The notes: generated by a model from the letters alone, not told the origin. A stretch of DNA of 64,000 bases from an uncultured delta proteobacterium (GCA_963706575.1 CAVPNL010000006.1:544001-608000), one strand, 5' to 3'. Shown: positions 9,374 to 19,471, counted from the first letter of the stretch. Made by a program: numbers and translations.

Positions 9374-10189
9374 CTATAACACGCCTTTGGGCATTTCTCC
9401 GCTTTCCTTTCCGCCGAGCACATAGCCACCGTCCAGCCTGAGGACAGCACCGGTCATAAATGGCGCATCCTTTATTATATAAAGCACGGCCTTAACCGCG
9501 TCTTCAATCTTACCGGTTCGACCTGTCAGGGTATGATCGCGCACGGCCTTTTTTTGTTTGGCAGTCAGCAGACCCCAGCCTCTGGTTTTTTCCGCATGAC
9601 GGGTTTCAAAAAAACCGAGCATGATTTCATTGACGCGCACCTGCGGCGCGCCGATGCGGGCCCAGGTTTCGGTGAGCAGCGAAACCCCTCGATTGGCGGC
9701 TGCGTATCCGTCATTAAAGACCAGGCGGGCCGGGCCGGAGCGCCCCACGATTCCGGCGATGGAAGAAAAGTTGATCACCACTGCATCGCCGCTGGCCTTC
9801 AGATGGGGCAGGGCGGCATCAAACACCCAGCGCTTGGCACGCAGGGTGGTCTCGATTTCGAGATCCCATTGCTGTGGGTTATAAGGACCGTGTACCACCG
9901 GCCAGCCGCCGCGTTCGATGTTGTTGATTAAGATGTCCAGGCGGCCGAAGCGGTCGATAACTTTGCCGATCATGCGGGGTGTGGCTTCGGTTTTGAGCAG
10001 ATTGGTCTTTAAAATAAGGTGTTCCTGGCCGGTATCGGCTAAATCCGTTTTTAATGCTGCCAGTTCTTCAGCCCAGTCAAAATAATTGACGGCCACCTTT
10101 ACCCCCGCATCCGCCAGGGCCAGCGCAATCCCTTTGCCGATGCCTTTGACGGCGCCCAGTACTAAAGCCACTTTTCCATTTAGTTCCAT
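9374..10189 (-). CDS. SDR family NAD(P)-dependent oxidoreductase
   Basis: VALVLGAVKGIG, GRLDILINN, NFSSIAG, YAAAN (variant of YxxxK), MTGAVLRLDGG. Confidence 0.9.
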   Translation of the reverse strand: MELNGKVALVLGAVKGIGKGIALALADAGVKVAVNYFDWAEELAALKTDLADTGQEHLILKTNLLKTEATPRMIGKVIDRFGRLDILINNIERGGWPVVHGPYNPQQWDLEIETTLRAKRWVFDAALPHLKASGDAVVINFSSIAGIVGRSGPARLVFNDGYAAANRGVSLLTETWARIGAPQVRVNEIMLGFFETRHAEKTRGWGLLTAKQKKAVRDHTLTGRTGKIEDAVKAVLYIIKDAPFMTGAVLRLDGGYVLGGKESGEMPKGVL

Positions 10190-10317
10190 AAAATCACCAA
10201 TGGGTTTTGGGTTTCACAATGTCATTCAGCTGTCAGCTGTTACATTTGTTTAATGGGTCGGCTAAGCTAACCAATTCAACTGATGAAACAAAAAAAACTA
10301 ATCTAACAAGTCAAATA

Positions 10318-10372
10318 GTAGGGCCGGCCTCCGTGCCGGCCTGGAAACAGCGGCCACAGAGGGCCGCCCTAC
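10318..10372. repeat. GTAG-type REP doublet (REPIN-like)
   Basis: GTAGGGCCGGCCTCCGTGCCGGCC...CGGCCACAGAGGGCCGCCCTAC; near-identical copy at 52586-52640. Confidence 0.8.
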
Positions 10373-10421
10373 TATCCGCTGTTACCTGTTGATTGATCTA
10401 TCGTCCGAAACCTGAACATTG

Positions 10422-11147
10422 TTATGACTTAAACAACACCTGCTTTACCCACTTTATTCCGAGTTCTAACAGCACGGTATCATTGGTCCTGGCAGCTGTC
10501 AGCTTTTCCTGATCCACGTCAAAGTTGTCCGGCAGGTTATGGCTGAAAATCTGATTCCTGAAATCATCGAGATCATATAAGGCCGTGTAAAACCGCTGGC
10601 GTGACTTGAGGTCCAGCGGGCCCGGCCGCAGCTGGTTTTTCAGACGGATGATTTCAAGCAGCTGATCGTTGAACTGATTGTAAATCCCAGCTTCCTGGCT
10701 GTTTATCCATTGCTGCGCGCTCTGCGAGCCGGGCGCGTCGAAACCTAAACAGTGCGGTTCTTTCAGCAGCATGAAATGTTCGCTGATCTTGCCGGTTTCA
10801 CGATTGCGGGATATGGCCCGCACCAGCGGATAGGTGCGGCAGGATGCCGGGCGATCCGGATATACGCGGCATCCCTTTTCGGTAACAAACGGGCATGTTA
10901 ACCGCTCGTCATCCGCGGCTTTAAGTGCCACAACGGGCAGCCCTGTTTCGGGGCCGATGTGCTGGATCGTATAGCGTTCCAAAAATTCGCTGGAAGATAG
11001 CCCCAGTCTTTTTTTTAGGCGCAGGATATCGTAAGGGTACAAAAACTGATTTAAATCCCGGCAGCATTCATTAAAGCAGGCGACACCGGGAGAACATGCA
11101 AACCTGAACTGATCGTCCGGCATTATGGGGATAAGGGGGTCGTTCAA
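10422..11147 (-). CDS. YkgJ-family Cys-cluster protein
   Basis: FRFACSPGVACFNECCRDLNQFLYPYD...CPFV...CRVYPDRPASCRTYP...EPHCLG. Confidence 0.88.
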   Translation of the reverse strand: MNDPLIPIMPDDQFRFACSPGVACFNECCRDLNQFLYPYDILRLKKRLGLSSSEFLERYTIQHIGPETGLPVVALKAADDERLTCPFVTEKGCRVYPDRPASCRTYPLVRAISRNRETGKISEHFMLLKEPHCLGFDAPGSQSAQQWINSQEAGIYNQFNDQLLEIIRLKNQLRPGPLDLKSRQRFYTALYDLDDFRNQIFSHNLPDNFDVDQEKLTAARTNDTVLLELGIKWVKQVLFKS

Positions 11148-11228
11148 TTGTGCTAATCCTCAAATCTGTTAACACCTTCTCCATGCTCAGGTGTCGGGTG
11201 TTTGCTATCAGCTGGCAGTTGTCATCTG

Positions 11229-11354
11229 TTTAATTGGTTTGATTGGTTTAATTCGTTCAATTGGTTCGGTTCAAACCAACCAATTCAACCAATGAAACCA
11301 ATATAACGAATTTAACAATTTCCAGAACCCTGAACCTTAGAACCCCTGAACCCT
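11229..11354. repeat. Inverted 9-mer arrays (TTAATTGGT-like / ACCAATTCA-like) plus CCTGAAC-like units
   Basis: ttaattggtttgattggtttaattcgttcaattggttc...aaccaattcaaccaatgaaaccaat; ccctgaaccttagaacccctgaaccc. Confidence 0.7.
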
Positions 11355-11530
11355 GTATCAGGTTTTAACAGCCTATCAAAGGGATTTTTTATGCGGGGTT
11401 TTTTGACACTGTTATTGCTGTGCGAATACCATATATGGTGGCAAATTTGGCAGCGAACTACTGCCGGTAGAAGTTACGAACATTATCCCATAACCTGTTG
11501 AAATTTTAGTTTTTGCGGCTCCAAAAATCC

Positions 11531-11559
11531 TTGACAAGCCAAATGTTGGATGATATGTT
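11531..11559 (+). promoter_or_regulatory. Sigma70-type promoter for aprBA-qmo
   Basis: TTGACA-17 nt-TATGTT with extended TG. Confidence 0.6.
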
Positions 11560-11615
11560 CACCCCTTTGGGCAGTCCATATCTTGCTGATTTTAAAAGAA
11601 ATATTCCTTAATGCG

Positions 11616-11631
11616 CGTGAGCGAAATCACG
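11616..11631. promoter_or_regulatory. Palindromic operator CGTGA-N6-TCACG (Rex/CRP-family-like)
   Basis: GTGA-N6-TCAC spacing downstream of the predicted apr promoter; Rex represses sat/apr in other sulfate reducers. Confidence 0.45.
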
Positions 11632-11799
11632 ACTCCAGTTTGAATGCCAACCGGTGGGTACCGGTTTAACAGATAAATAACCCAGAAAATCTAAATCTAG
11701 CAATTTGAAGGGAGGTGCAAAAAGCTATTTTTGTTAAATCTTTTTGACGGTTAATGGGTAACCACAAAAATTTACCAAATTAATTAGGAGGTATAATAA

Positions 11800-12237
11800 A
11801 TGCCAAGCTTTGTAATATCTGAAAAATGCGATGGATGCAAAGGCGGGGACAAAACTGCCTGTATGTACATTTGTCCCAATGACCTGATGGTTCTCGAACC
11901 CAACGAAATGAAGGCTTACAACCAGGAGCCCGACCAATGCTGGGAATGCTTCTCATGCGTCAAGATCTGCCCCACCCAGGCAATTGAAGTCAGGGGTTAT
12001 GCCGACTTTGTTCCTCTGGGAAGCAGTGTAATGCCGATGCTGGGAACCGAGGATGTCATGTGGACCTGCAAGTTCCGCAACGGGACCATCAAACGCTTTA
12101 AGTTCCCCATCCGGACCACTCCCGAAGGACAGGCCAATGCGTACCTGGATCTGAAAGGCAAAGACCTGGAAAGCGGCTTGCTTTCAACCGAAGAAGCCGA
12201 CGGCGCTACACTTCCGACGCCCCAGGCAACCGTGTAA
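11800..12237 (+). CDS. aprB: Adenylylsulfate reductase beta subunit
   Basis: CDGCKGGDKTACMYICPND and CWECFSCVKICP ferredoxin motifs; RFKFPIRTTPEG. Confidence 0.98.
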   Translation: MPSFVISEKCDGCKGGDKTACMYICPNDLMVLEPNEMKAYNQEPDQCWECFSCVKICPTQAIEVRGYADFVPLGSSVMPMLGTEDVMWTCKFRNGTIKRFKFPIRTTPEGQANAYLDLKGKDLESGLLSTEEADGATLPTPQATV

Positions 12238-12302
12238 ATACGCAGGGTTTGTTTATTTAAAGTGAATGATCAATTAGCAATATAAATCAAGGAGGATTGA
12301 AT

Positions 12303-14285
12303 ATGGCATTACCGAATAAACCACTCGGGGAACTAAAAGCTGTAAAGGACCCGGAAGTCGAAGAACGAGAAGTTGATGTTTTGATCGTCGGCGGCGGCAT
12401 GGCCGCCAGCGGCGCCGCCTTTGAGGCCAAAAAATGGATGTCTGATGACCAGACTGTTCTGATGGTGGATAAGGCCGCCCTGGAAAGAAGCGGCGCGGTT
12501 GCCCAGGGCCTTTCGGCGATCAACACCTATATTGGCGAAAACACCCCTGATGATTATGTGCGCATGGTCCGCAACGACCTGATGGGCATTGTCCGTGAAG
12601 ACCTGATCTTTGATCTGGGCTGTCACGTGGACGATTCCGTGCACCTGTTTGAAGAATGGGGACTGCCGATCTGGAAGAAAACCGAAGACGGCAAAAACCT
12701 GGACGGCAAAAAAGGCCAGACTATGGGTACGCTCAAAGCAGGCGCCCAGCCGGTGCGTACCGGCAAATGGCAGATCATGATCAACGGCGAATCTTACAAA
12801 CGCATTGTGGCCGAAGCCGCCAAGCTGGCCATTGGTGAAGAAAACGTTCTGGAGAGGGTTTTTATCGTCGAGCTGCTGCTGGATGCCAACAAGGAAAACC
12901 AGATTGCCGGTGCGGTTGGTTTTTCCGTGCGTGAAAACAAAGTTTTCATCATCAAGTGCAAGTCCATGCTGGTTGCCTGCGGCGGGGCCGTCAACATTTA
13001 TCAGCCCCGTTCAGTCGGCGAGGGCAAAGGCCGTGCCTGGTATCCGGTCTGGAACTCCGGTTCCACCTATACCCTGTGCATGAAAGTCGGGGCCGAGCTG
13101 TCCATGATGGAAAACCGCTTCACCCCGGCCCGTTTTAAAGACGGTTACGGCCCGGTGGGTGCATGGTTCCTGCTGTTTAAGGCCAAAACCCTTAACGGTC
13201 TGGGCGAAAACTTTGCTGCCAGCGACGCGGCCAAGAAAGAGCTGGAAAGCTATGCGCCTTACGGAACCGCAGCCATCACACCGACCTGTCTGCGAAACCA
13301 CCTGATGCTCTTTGAGATGAAAGAAGGCCGCGGGCCCATCATCATGGATACGGTGTCGGCGCTGGCCGAGCTCGGAAAGACCATGGACAAAAAAGAGCTC
13401 AAGCATCTTGAATCCGAAGCCTGGGAAGACTTCCTGGATATGACCTGCGGTCAGGCCAATCTGTGGTGCGCCACCAACACCGAGCCTGAAAAGAAAAATT
13501 CCGAGGTTATGCCCACCGAACCGTATCTGCTCGGATCTCACTCCGGCTGCTGCGGTCTGTGGACCTCCGGTCCGGATTATGACTGGGTGCCGGATGCTTA
13601 CAAGATCAAGGCCGACAATGGTAAGGTTTACAACCGCATGACCACGGTCAACGGGCTGTTTACCGCCGGTGACGGCGTGGGCTGCTCCGGTCATAAATTC
13701 TCCTCCGGCTCCCATGCCGAGGGGCGGATGGCGGTTAAAGAAATGGTGCGCTATGCCAAGGATCATGCCGACTATTCACCGGCCATCAGCCAGTCGGCTG
13801 ACGACCTGGTCGACATTGTCTATAAACCGGTGCGCACCTATCTGGAACACTGCGCCTACACCACGGCCGACGACATCAACCCCGAATACATCAAGCCCAA
13901 CGGCATGATGTATCGCATGATGAAGGCTGGCCATGAATACGGTGCCGGAACCGCGACCTTCTACCAGACGACCTCCAAGAACCTTGAGATCGCCATGGAT
14001 CTGCTGGCGACCATGCGCGAAGATAACGAAAAACTGGCTGCCGGTGATCTGCACGAACTGATGAGAGCCTGGGAGATTCAGCACCGCATCTGGACGCTGG
14101 AATCGCATCTGCGCCACATTCAGTACCGTAAAGAGACCCGTTATCCCGGTTTTTACTATCAAGCCGATTATCCGGGCCAGGATGACGAGAACTGGTTCTG
14201 CTTTGTCAACTCCAAGTATGACCCCAAAGAGCAGAAATGGGATATCTTTAAGAAAGATTATATCAAGATCATTCCGGACGCCTAA
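12303..14285 (+). CDS. aprA: Adenylylsulfate reductase alpha subunit
   Basis: ERSGAVAQGLSAINTY, WQIMINGESYK, GRAWYPVWN, RFKDGYGPVGAWFL, HKFSSGSHAEGR. Confidence 0.98.
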   Translation: MALPNKPLGELKAVKDPEVEEREVDVLIVGGGMAASGAAFEAKKWMSDDQTVLMVDKAALERSGAVAQGLSAINTYIGENTPDDYVRMVRNDLMGIVREDLIFDLGCHVDDSVHLFEEWGLPIWKKTEDGKNLDGKKGQTMGTLKAGAQPVRTGKWQIMINGESYKRIVAEAAKLAIGEENVLERVFIVELLLDANKENQIAGAVGFSVRENKVFIIKCKSMLVACGGAVNIYQPRSVGEGKGRAWYPVWNSGSTYTLCMKVGAELSMMENRFTPARFKDGYGPVGAWFLLFKAKTLNGLGENFAASDAAKKELESYAPYGTAAITPTCLRNHLMLFEMKEGRGPIIMDTVSALAELGKTMDKKELKHLESEAWEDFLDMTCGQANLWCATNTEPEKKNSEVMPTEPYLLGSHSGCCGLWTSGPDYDWVPDAYKIKADNGKVYNRMTTVNGLFTAGDGVGCSGHKFSSGSHAEGRMAVKEMVRYAKDHADYSPAISQSADDLVDIVYKPVRTYLEHCAYTTADDINPEYIKPNGMMYRMMKAGHEYGAGTATFYQTTSKNLEIAMDLLATMREDNEKLAAGDLHELMRAWEIQHRIWTLESHLRHIQYRKETRYPGFYYQADYPGQDDENWFCFVNSKYDPKEQKWDIFKKDYIKIIPDA

Positions 14286-14331
14286 TGGATCAGCTAGGAA
14301 GCAGACGAGTCAATTTTGACTAACCAACAGA

Positions 14332-14369
14332 TACCTCCAGGTGTCATCCGACACCTGGAGGTTTTTATT
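14332..14369 (+). terminator. Intrinsic terminator/attenuator hairpin between aprA and qmoA
   Basis: ACCTCCAGGTGTC-ATCC-GACACCTGGAGGT followed by a T-run. Confidence 0.7.
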
Positions 14370-14384
14370 AGTACGGAGGGAAGT

Positions 14385-15662
14385 ATGACTGAAGAAAAAG
14401 CAGCTCCGGCAAGCGGAAGCATATTAGTCGTTGGCGGCGGGATCAGCGGTCTGACCACGGCGATCGAAGCTGCCGAAGTGGGGTACGAGGTTTTCCTGAT
14501 CGAAAAAAATCCGTATCTGGGGGGTAGGGTCGCACAGCTGAATCAATATTTCCCCAAGTTGTGCCCTCCCACCTGCGGCCTGGAAATTAACTTCAGGCGG
14601 ATAAAGGACAACCCCAGAATCAAAATTCTGACTCTGGCCGAGGTGGAATCGGTTAGCGGCGACCCGGGCAACTATGAGGTGGCGATTAAAGTCAACCCCA
14701 GATATGTCAACCAAAACTGCACCTGCTGCGATGCCTGTGCCGAAGCCTGTCAGACTGAAATCGACAGCGAATATGATTTCGGGATGCAAAAGATCAAAGG
14801 GGCATATTTACCATTTGAGATGGCCTTTCCGGCCCGTTATGTGATTGCGCCCGAGATTATCGGCACCGCGGATGCCACCCGGGCCAAAGAAGCCTGTAAG
14901 TACGATGCGGTTGATCTCGAAATGGAAGCCAAAACCCTGAAGCTGAATGTGGGCGCCATCGTGTGGTCCACCGGCTGGCAGCCCTATGATGCCGCCAAGA
15001 TCGATAATCTCGGTTTCGGTGAGTATCCCAACATCATCACCAATATGATGATGGAGCGATTGGCCGCTCCCAACGGCCCGACGCGGGGTAAAATCCTGCG
15101 CCCCTCCGACAGCAAAGCGCCGCAGAGTGTGGCCTTTGTCCAGTGTGCGGGCTCCCGTGATGAGAAGCACCTGCCGTATTGTTCTTATATTTGCTGCATG
15201 GCGTCTTTAAAGCAGGCCACCTATGTCCGCGAGCGCTATCCTGATGCCAAAATCTATGTCTTCTATATCGATCTGCGGACGCCCGGTTACCGCTATGAAC
15301 GGTTCTATGAAACCATCAAAGAGGATGAAAACATCTTTTTGATTAAAGGCAAAGTGGCCGAGGTCAGCGCCGATTCGGGCACCCAAAATGTTACCGTTGT
15401 TGCCGAAAATGCCGTAACCGGTGAAAAAATCCACCAGGAGGTGGAAATGGTGGTTCTGGCAACCGGCATGCAGCCCACAGCGGCAAACGCCAAACTTCCG
15501 GCCGATTTGCAGTACACTGATGACGGGTTTATCGTTAATGACTTTGAAAAAGGCGGGATGTTTGCAGCCGGATGCGCCAACAAGCCGGCCGACGTGGTTT
15601 CATCCAATCAAAATGCTACCGGAATGGCCCTTAAGGCGATTCAAACCCTGGTGAGCAGATAG
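14385..15662 (+). CDS. qmoA: Quinone-interacting membrane oxidoreductase subunit A (HdrA-like)
   Basis: VVGGGISG, YFPKLCPPTCG, FVQCAGSRD..LPYCSYICC; immediately after aprA. Confidence 0.95.
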   Translation: MTEEKAAPASGSILVVGGGISGLTTAIEAAEVGYEVFLIEKNPYLGGRVAQLNQYFPKLCPPTCGLEINFRRIKDNPRIKILTLAEVESVSGDPGNYEVAIKVNPRYVNQNCTCCDACAEACQTEIDSEYDFGMQKIKGAYLPFEMAFPARYVIAPEIIGTADATRAKEACKYDAVDLEMEAKTLKLNVGAIVWSTGWQPYDAAKIDNLGFGEYPNIITNMMMERLAAPNGPTRGKILRPSDSKAPQSVAFVQCAGSRDEKHLPYCSYICCMASLKQATYVRERYPDAKIYVFYIDLRTPGYRYERFYETIKEDENIFLIKGKVAEVSADSGTQNVTVVAENAVTGEKIHQEVEMVVLATGMQPTAANAKLPADLQYTDDGFIVNDFEKGGMFAAGCANKPADVVSSNQNATGMALKAIQTLVSR

Positions 15663-15676
15663 GAGGAGAGTCAGAC

Positions 15677-18013
15677 ATGGATAAAAAATACGGTATTTAT
15701 ATCTGCGAAGGTTGTGGGATCGGGGACGCCGTCGATATCGAAAAGCTTGGCGATGTTGCCAAGGAGGAAGGGTTTCCGGTCAAAACCTGCCCGATTTTGT
15801 GCGGCCAGGCCGGGGTCGAACTCCTTAAAAAGGATATCGCCGATGAGGGCGTCAACACCCTGGTGATTGCCGCCTGTTCACGCCGGGTTCTTTATGATGT
15901 CTTCCGTTTTGACGGCTGCATCGTGGATCGGGTGAACTTAAGAGAAGGGGTGGTCTGGACGCACCCCCGGTCTAAGTATCCGGCGCCCACTGAAGAACAA
16001 AAAGACGATGAAACCTTCATCGACCATGTTCAGATGATGGCCGCAGATTATTTAAAGATGGGCATGGCGCGGGTCAAAAAAATCGATCTGCCTGAGCCCT
16101 ATCTGCTGGAAACGCTCAACAAAAAGATCCTGGTAATCGGCGGTGGCATGAGCGGGATTTCGGCGGCCATCGATGCGGCCAAAACCGGCTACGAGGTCAC
16201 CATCGTCGAAAAAGAAGCGTCGCTGGGCGGCAATGCCGCCAATTGGCGCAAGCAACTACCGGGCGCTTACCCCTATGATGGCCTGATTCCACCCGCGATC
16301 GAAGCAAAAATAAATGAACTTGAAAACTATTCAAACATCACGGTCAAAACCGAGAACGTGGTTGCGCGCATCGCCGGGGAGCCGGGCGATTTTACCGTGA
16401 CCCTTAAAAAGCCCGGCGATAAAACAGAATTCGATGTTCCGTTTCCCTTGCCGGATGAGATGAAGGTTGATGAGAAAGGCAATGAGCTGGATGCCGAAAA
16501 ACTGCATCAAGCCTTTATGGAATACAACAAGGGCAAGCAGGACATTTTGAAACTGGATCCCAATGGTGAAAAATTCGGCGCCGTGATTCTGGCAGCCGGA
16601 TGGCGGCCCTATAAGCCTAAAGAAGGCGAATTTGCCCATCTGGGTTACGGTGAGATTGCCGATGTGGTTACCAACCATCAGTTTGAAGAGATTGCCGCTG
16701 CCGGTAAAATTATACGGCCCTCAGACGGCAAGGAGGCCAAATCCGTTGTTTTCATCCAGAGCCCCGGCCAGGGGGACGACAAGGACTTTGCCTATAGCGG
16801 TGCGGTCACCAGCCTGGTGGCGCTCAAACAGGCCAAATACCTGCGCGAAGATTATGACGACGGCAAATCCTTTGTCTTCTACCAGCATATGCGTACCGTG
16901 GGCCTGACGGAAAACTTCTACAAGAACATCCAGCAGGATCCCGGCATCTTTTTAACCAAAGGGGAGGTCACCGGCGTTTCTAAAAACGGCGAAGGCTTGA
17001 TTGTCGAAGCCGACAATACCCTGCTGGGTGAAAAGGTTCAGCTCAAGGCCGATATGGTGGTGCTGGGAACCGGTATGGTTCCTGTAACTGCAGATGACCC
17101 GGTGATCAACCTGGCCTACCGGCAGGGACCGGGATTTCGTGATAACGCGCTTTTTGATGACTATGCCGATTCGAATTTTATCTGTTTTCCCTATGAAACC
17201 CAGCGAACCGGCATTTATGCCGCCGGTGCCATCCGCCGCAGCATGACCGTGGAAGAGGCGGTGGAGGATGCCAGCGGAGCGGCCTTGAAAGCGATTCAAT
17301 GCCTGGAGTCGGTCAACCGCGGTGTTTCGGTACATCCCCGGTCAGGCGACATGACCTTTCCCGACTTTTTCTTCCAGCGCTGCACCCAGTGCAAACGCTG
17401 CACGGAAGAATGCCCCTTTGGCGCCATCGATGATGATGAAAAGGGCACCCCCAAGCCGAATCCGGCACGCTGCCGCCGTTGCGGCACCTGTATGGGCTGT
17501 TGCCCGGAGCGCATCATCAACTTTGTCGATTACAGCATTGACAGTATCGGTTCGATGGTCAAAGCCATCGGCGTGCCTTCCGAAGACGATTATGATGAGC
17601 CGCCGCTGCGAATCCTCGGGCTGGTCTGTGAAAATGATGCCTATCCGGCCCTGGATATCGCGGCCCTCAACCGGCTGGCTTATTCGGCCGAAGTGCGCCT
17701 CATACCGGTCAGGTGCCTGGGTTCGGTCAATGTCATCTGGATCAAAGACGCTCTGGCCCAGGGTATGGACGGTGTGTTTTTGCTAGGCTGCAAACTCGGC
17801 GACGACTACCAGTGCCATTTCGTCAAAGGCAGTGAGCTGGCCGAAATCCGCATGAAAAAGATCGGCGAGGCCCTGTCGAGCCTGGCGCTCGAAGAAGAAC
17901 GCGTGGCGCAATTCCAGGTGGCCATCGACGAGTATGATAAACTTCCGCAAATCATCGATGATTTTGTGGCCAGCGTCGAGGAAATGGGTCCGAACCCCTT
18001 TAAGGGATTTTAA
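15677..18013 (+). CDS. qmoB: Qmo subunit B (HdrA-MvhD fusion)
   Basis: FAD-binding IGGGMSG, two CxxCxxCxxxCP motifs, MvhD-like CENDAYPALD...VRCLGS...CHF, C-terminal GPNPFKGF. Confidence 0.95.
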   Translation: MDKKYGIYICEGCGIGDAVDIEKLGDVAKEEGFPVKTCPILCGQAGVELLKKDIADEGVNTLVIAACSRRVLYDVFRFDGCIVDRVNLREGVVWTHPRSKYPAPTEEQKDDETFIDHVQMMAADYLKMGMARVKKIDLPEPYLLETLNKKILVIGGGMSGISAAIDAAKTGYEVTIVEKEASLGGNAANWRKQLPGAYPYDGLIPPAIEAKINELENYSNITVKTENVVARIAGEPGDFTVTLKKPGDKTEFDVPFPLPDEMKVDEKGNELDAEKLHQAFMEYNKGKQDILKLDPNGEKFGAVILAAGWRPYKPKEGEFAHLGYGEIADVVTNHQFEEIAAAGKIIRPSDGKEAKSVVFIQSPGQGDDKDFAYSGAVTSLVALKQAKYLREDYDDGKSFVFYQHMRTVGLTENFYKNIQQDPGIFLTKGEVTGVSKNGEGLIVEADNTLLGEKVQLKADMVVLGTGMVPVTADDPVINLAYRQGPGFRDNALFDDYADSNFICFPYETQRTGIYAAGAIRRSMTVEEAVEDASGAALKAIQCLESVNRGVSVHPRSGDMTFPDFFFQRCTQCKRCTEECPFGAIDDDEKGTPKPNPARCRRCGTCMGCCPERIINFVDYSIDSIGSMVKAIGVPSEDDYDEPPLRILGLVCENDAYPALDIAALNRLAYSAEVRLIPVRCLGSVNVIWIKDALAQGMDGVFLLGCKLGDDYQCHFVKGSELAEIRMKKIGEALSSLALEEERVAQFQVAIDEYDKLPQIIDDFVASVEEMGPNPFKGF

Positions 18014-18022
18014 TAATTGAAT

Positions 18023-18195
18023 ATTGATGAATTCGTAAAAAGTCGAATTCATCAAGTGTTTGGCGTTTCATGTTTGGTGTTTGGTATGAAATATATGATG
18101 CTATATCGGCATGTTAGAATAATAAACACTAAATACCAAATACAAAACACACTCGCAAAAAGGCTGCTTTTCTGACTTTTTACGAAACTATCAAT
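18023..18195. mobile_element. MITE-like element with 22-bp imperfect terminal inverted repeats
   Basis: ATTGATGAATTCGTAAAAAGTC ... GACTTTTTACGAAACTATCAAT (19/22 match), enclosing inverted GTGTTTG/CAAATAC-like heptamers. Confidence 0.6.
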
Positions 18196-18221
18196 TTTCA
18201 TTCTTCAATTCCGTAGGAGGT

Positions 18222-19385
18222 ATGAATATGGCAGATACATATGTTATTGAGCCTGATTTGGCTTTTATTAAAGAAGTCGGTGCCCTGGGGGGCGAGGACC
18301 TGAAAAAGTGTTATCAGTGTGCAACCTGCTCGGTGGCCTGTCCGATTTCACCGGACACCAAACCGTTCCCCCGCAAGGAAATGATCGCGGCTTCCTGGGG
18401 GCTGAAAGACAAACTGGTGGGCAATGCCGACATCTGGCTGTGCCATAATTGCGGAGATTGTTCCACCCGTTGTCCGCGGGAGGCCAAGCCGGCGGATGTC
18501 CTGGCAGCCGTGCGGTCTTATACGATCGAGGACTACGCTCAGCCGAAAGTGCTGGCCAGGGCCATGAAAGACCCCAAGAAACTGCCGATCCTGCTGGCCA
18601 TTCCCGCAATTCTTTTTCTGGTGGTGGGATCCATCACCGGTCTATTGGATTTCACACCGGATCTCAGCGAAGGCATCAAGCATTGGAAATTCTTTTCAAC
18701 CTGGCTGGTGGACATGATGATGCTGCCGGCGGCCATTTTTGCAGCGGCTGTCTTTGCCTTGGGCCTCAAACGGTTTCTGGGCGATATCCATCAAAATGCA
18801 CTGATGGAGGGCAAAACCACTAAAGACAAGATCGAAATTCCCGGATTTATCCAGGCCCTGATCAAGGTCATTCCGACCATCCTGTTGCACCGCAAGTTTT
18901 CAGAGTGTACTGAAAATAAAGATCGCGAAATTGCCCACTTATTGACCTTGTATGGCTTCATCGGGCTGTTTATCGTGACCAGTATTTTCTTTGTTGTGAT
19001 GTATGGCTCATATTTGCTTCCCAGTGGCGCCTTGCATGGCCCCTGGTCCCAGTTGAATCCGGTCAAATGGCTGGCGAACATCAGCGGTGTGGCCCTGATT
19101 GTCGGAACCGCCCTGATGATTAAAAATCGCATGTCCAAAAAAGATCAGGCTTCCCGATACTTTGATTGGTACCTCATCTACCTTGCTTTCGGGCTGGGTG
19201 TGACCGGCATGGGCGCTCAACTGACCCGGCTGGCAGGCTGGGCGTTTATTTCATTTGCCATCTACTATGTTCACCTGATTCTCGTGTGGGCATTGTTTGC
19301 CTATCTGCCATTCTCAAAGCTGGCTCATATTGTCTACCGGACGGTGGCGATGGCATACAACGAGTATGCAGGCAGAAACTTCTAA
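18222..19385 (+). CDS. qmoC: Qmo subunit C (FeS + membrane cytochrome b)
   Basis: CYQCATCSVACP and CHNCGDCSTRCP followed by multiple TM helices; YLPFSKLAH. Confidence 0.95.
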   Translation: MNMADTYVIEPDLAFIKEVGALGGEDLKKCYQCATCSVACPISPDTKPFPRKEMIAASWGLKDKLVGNADIWLCHNCGDCSTRCPREAKPADVLAAVRSYTIEDYAQPKVLARAMKDPKKLPILLAIPAILFLVVGSITGLLDFTPDLSEGIKHWKFFSTWLVDMMMLPAAIFAAAVFALGLKRFLGDIHQNALMEGKTTKDKIEIPGFIQALIKVIPTILLHRKFSECTENKDREIAHLLTLYGFIGLFIVTSIFFVVMYGSYLLPSGALHGPWSQLNPVKWLANISGVALIVGTALMIKNRMSKKDQASRYFDWYLIYLAFGLGVTGMGAQLTRLAGWAFISFAIYYVHLILVWALFAYLPFSKLAHIVYRTVAMAYNEYAGRNF

Positions 19386-19407
19386 ATAAGAGACTGGAAC
19401 AACAAAT

Positions 19408-19442
19408 AAAAAAGGGAGCGCGCCTTGCGGCGGCTCCCTTTT
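19408..19442. terminator. Bidirectional terminator between convergent qmoC and sat
   Basis: AAAAAGGGAGC...GCTCCCTTTT hairpin. Confidence 0.7.
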
Positions 19443-19471
19443 GGTTTCTGCGCGTCTTTTAGAGGATCAAA

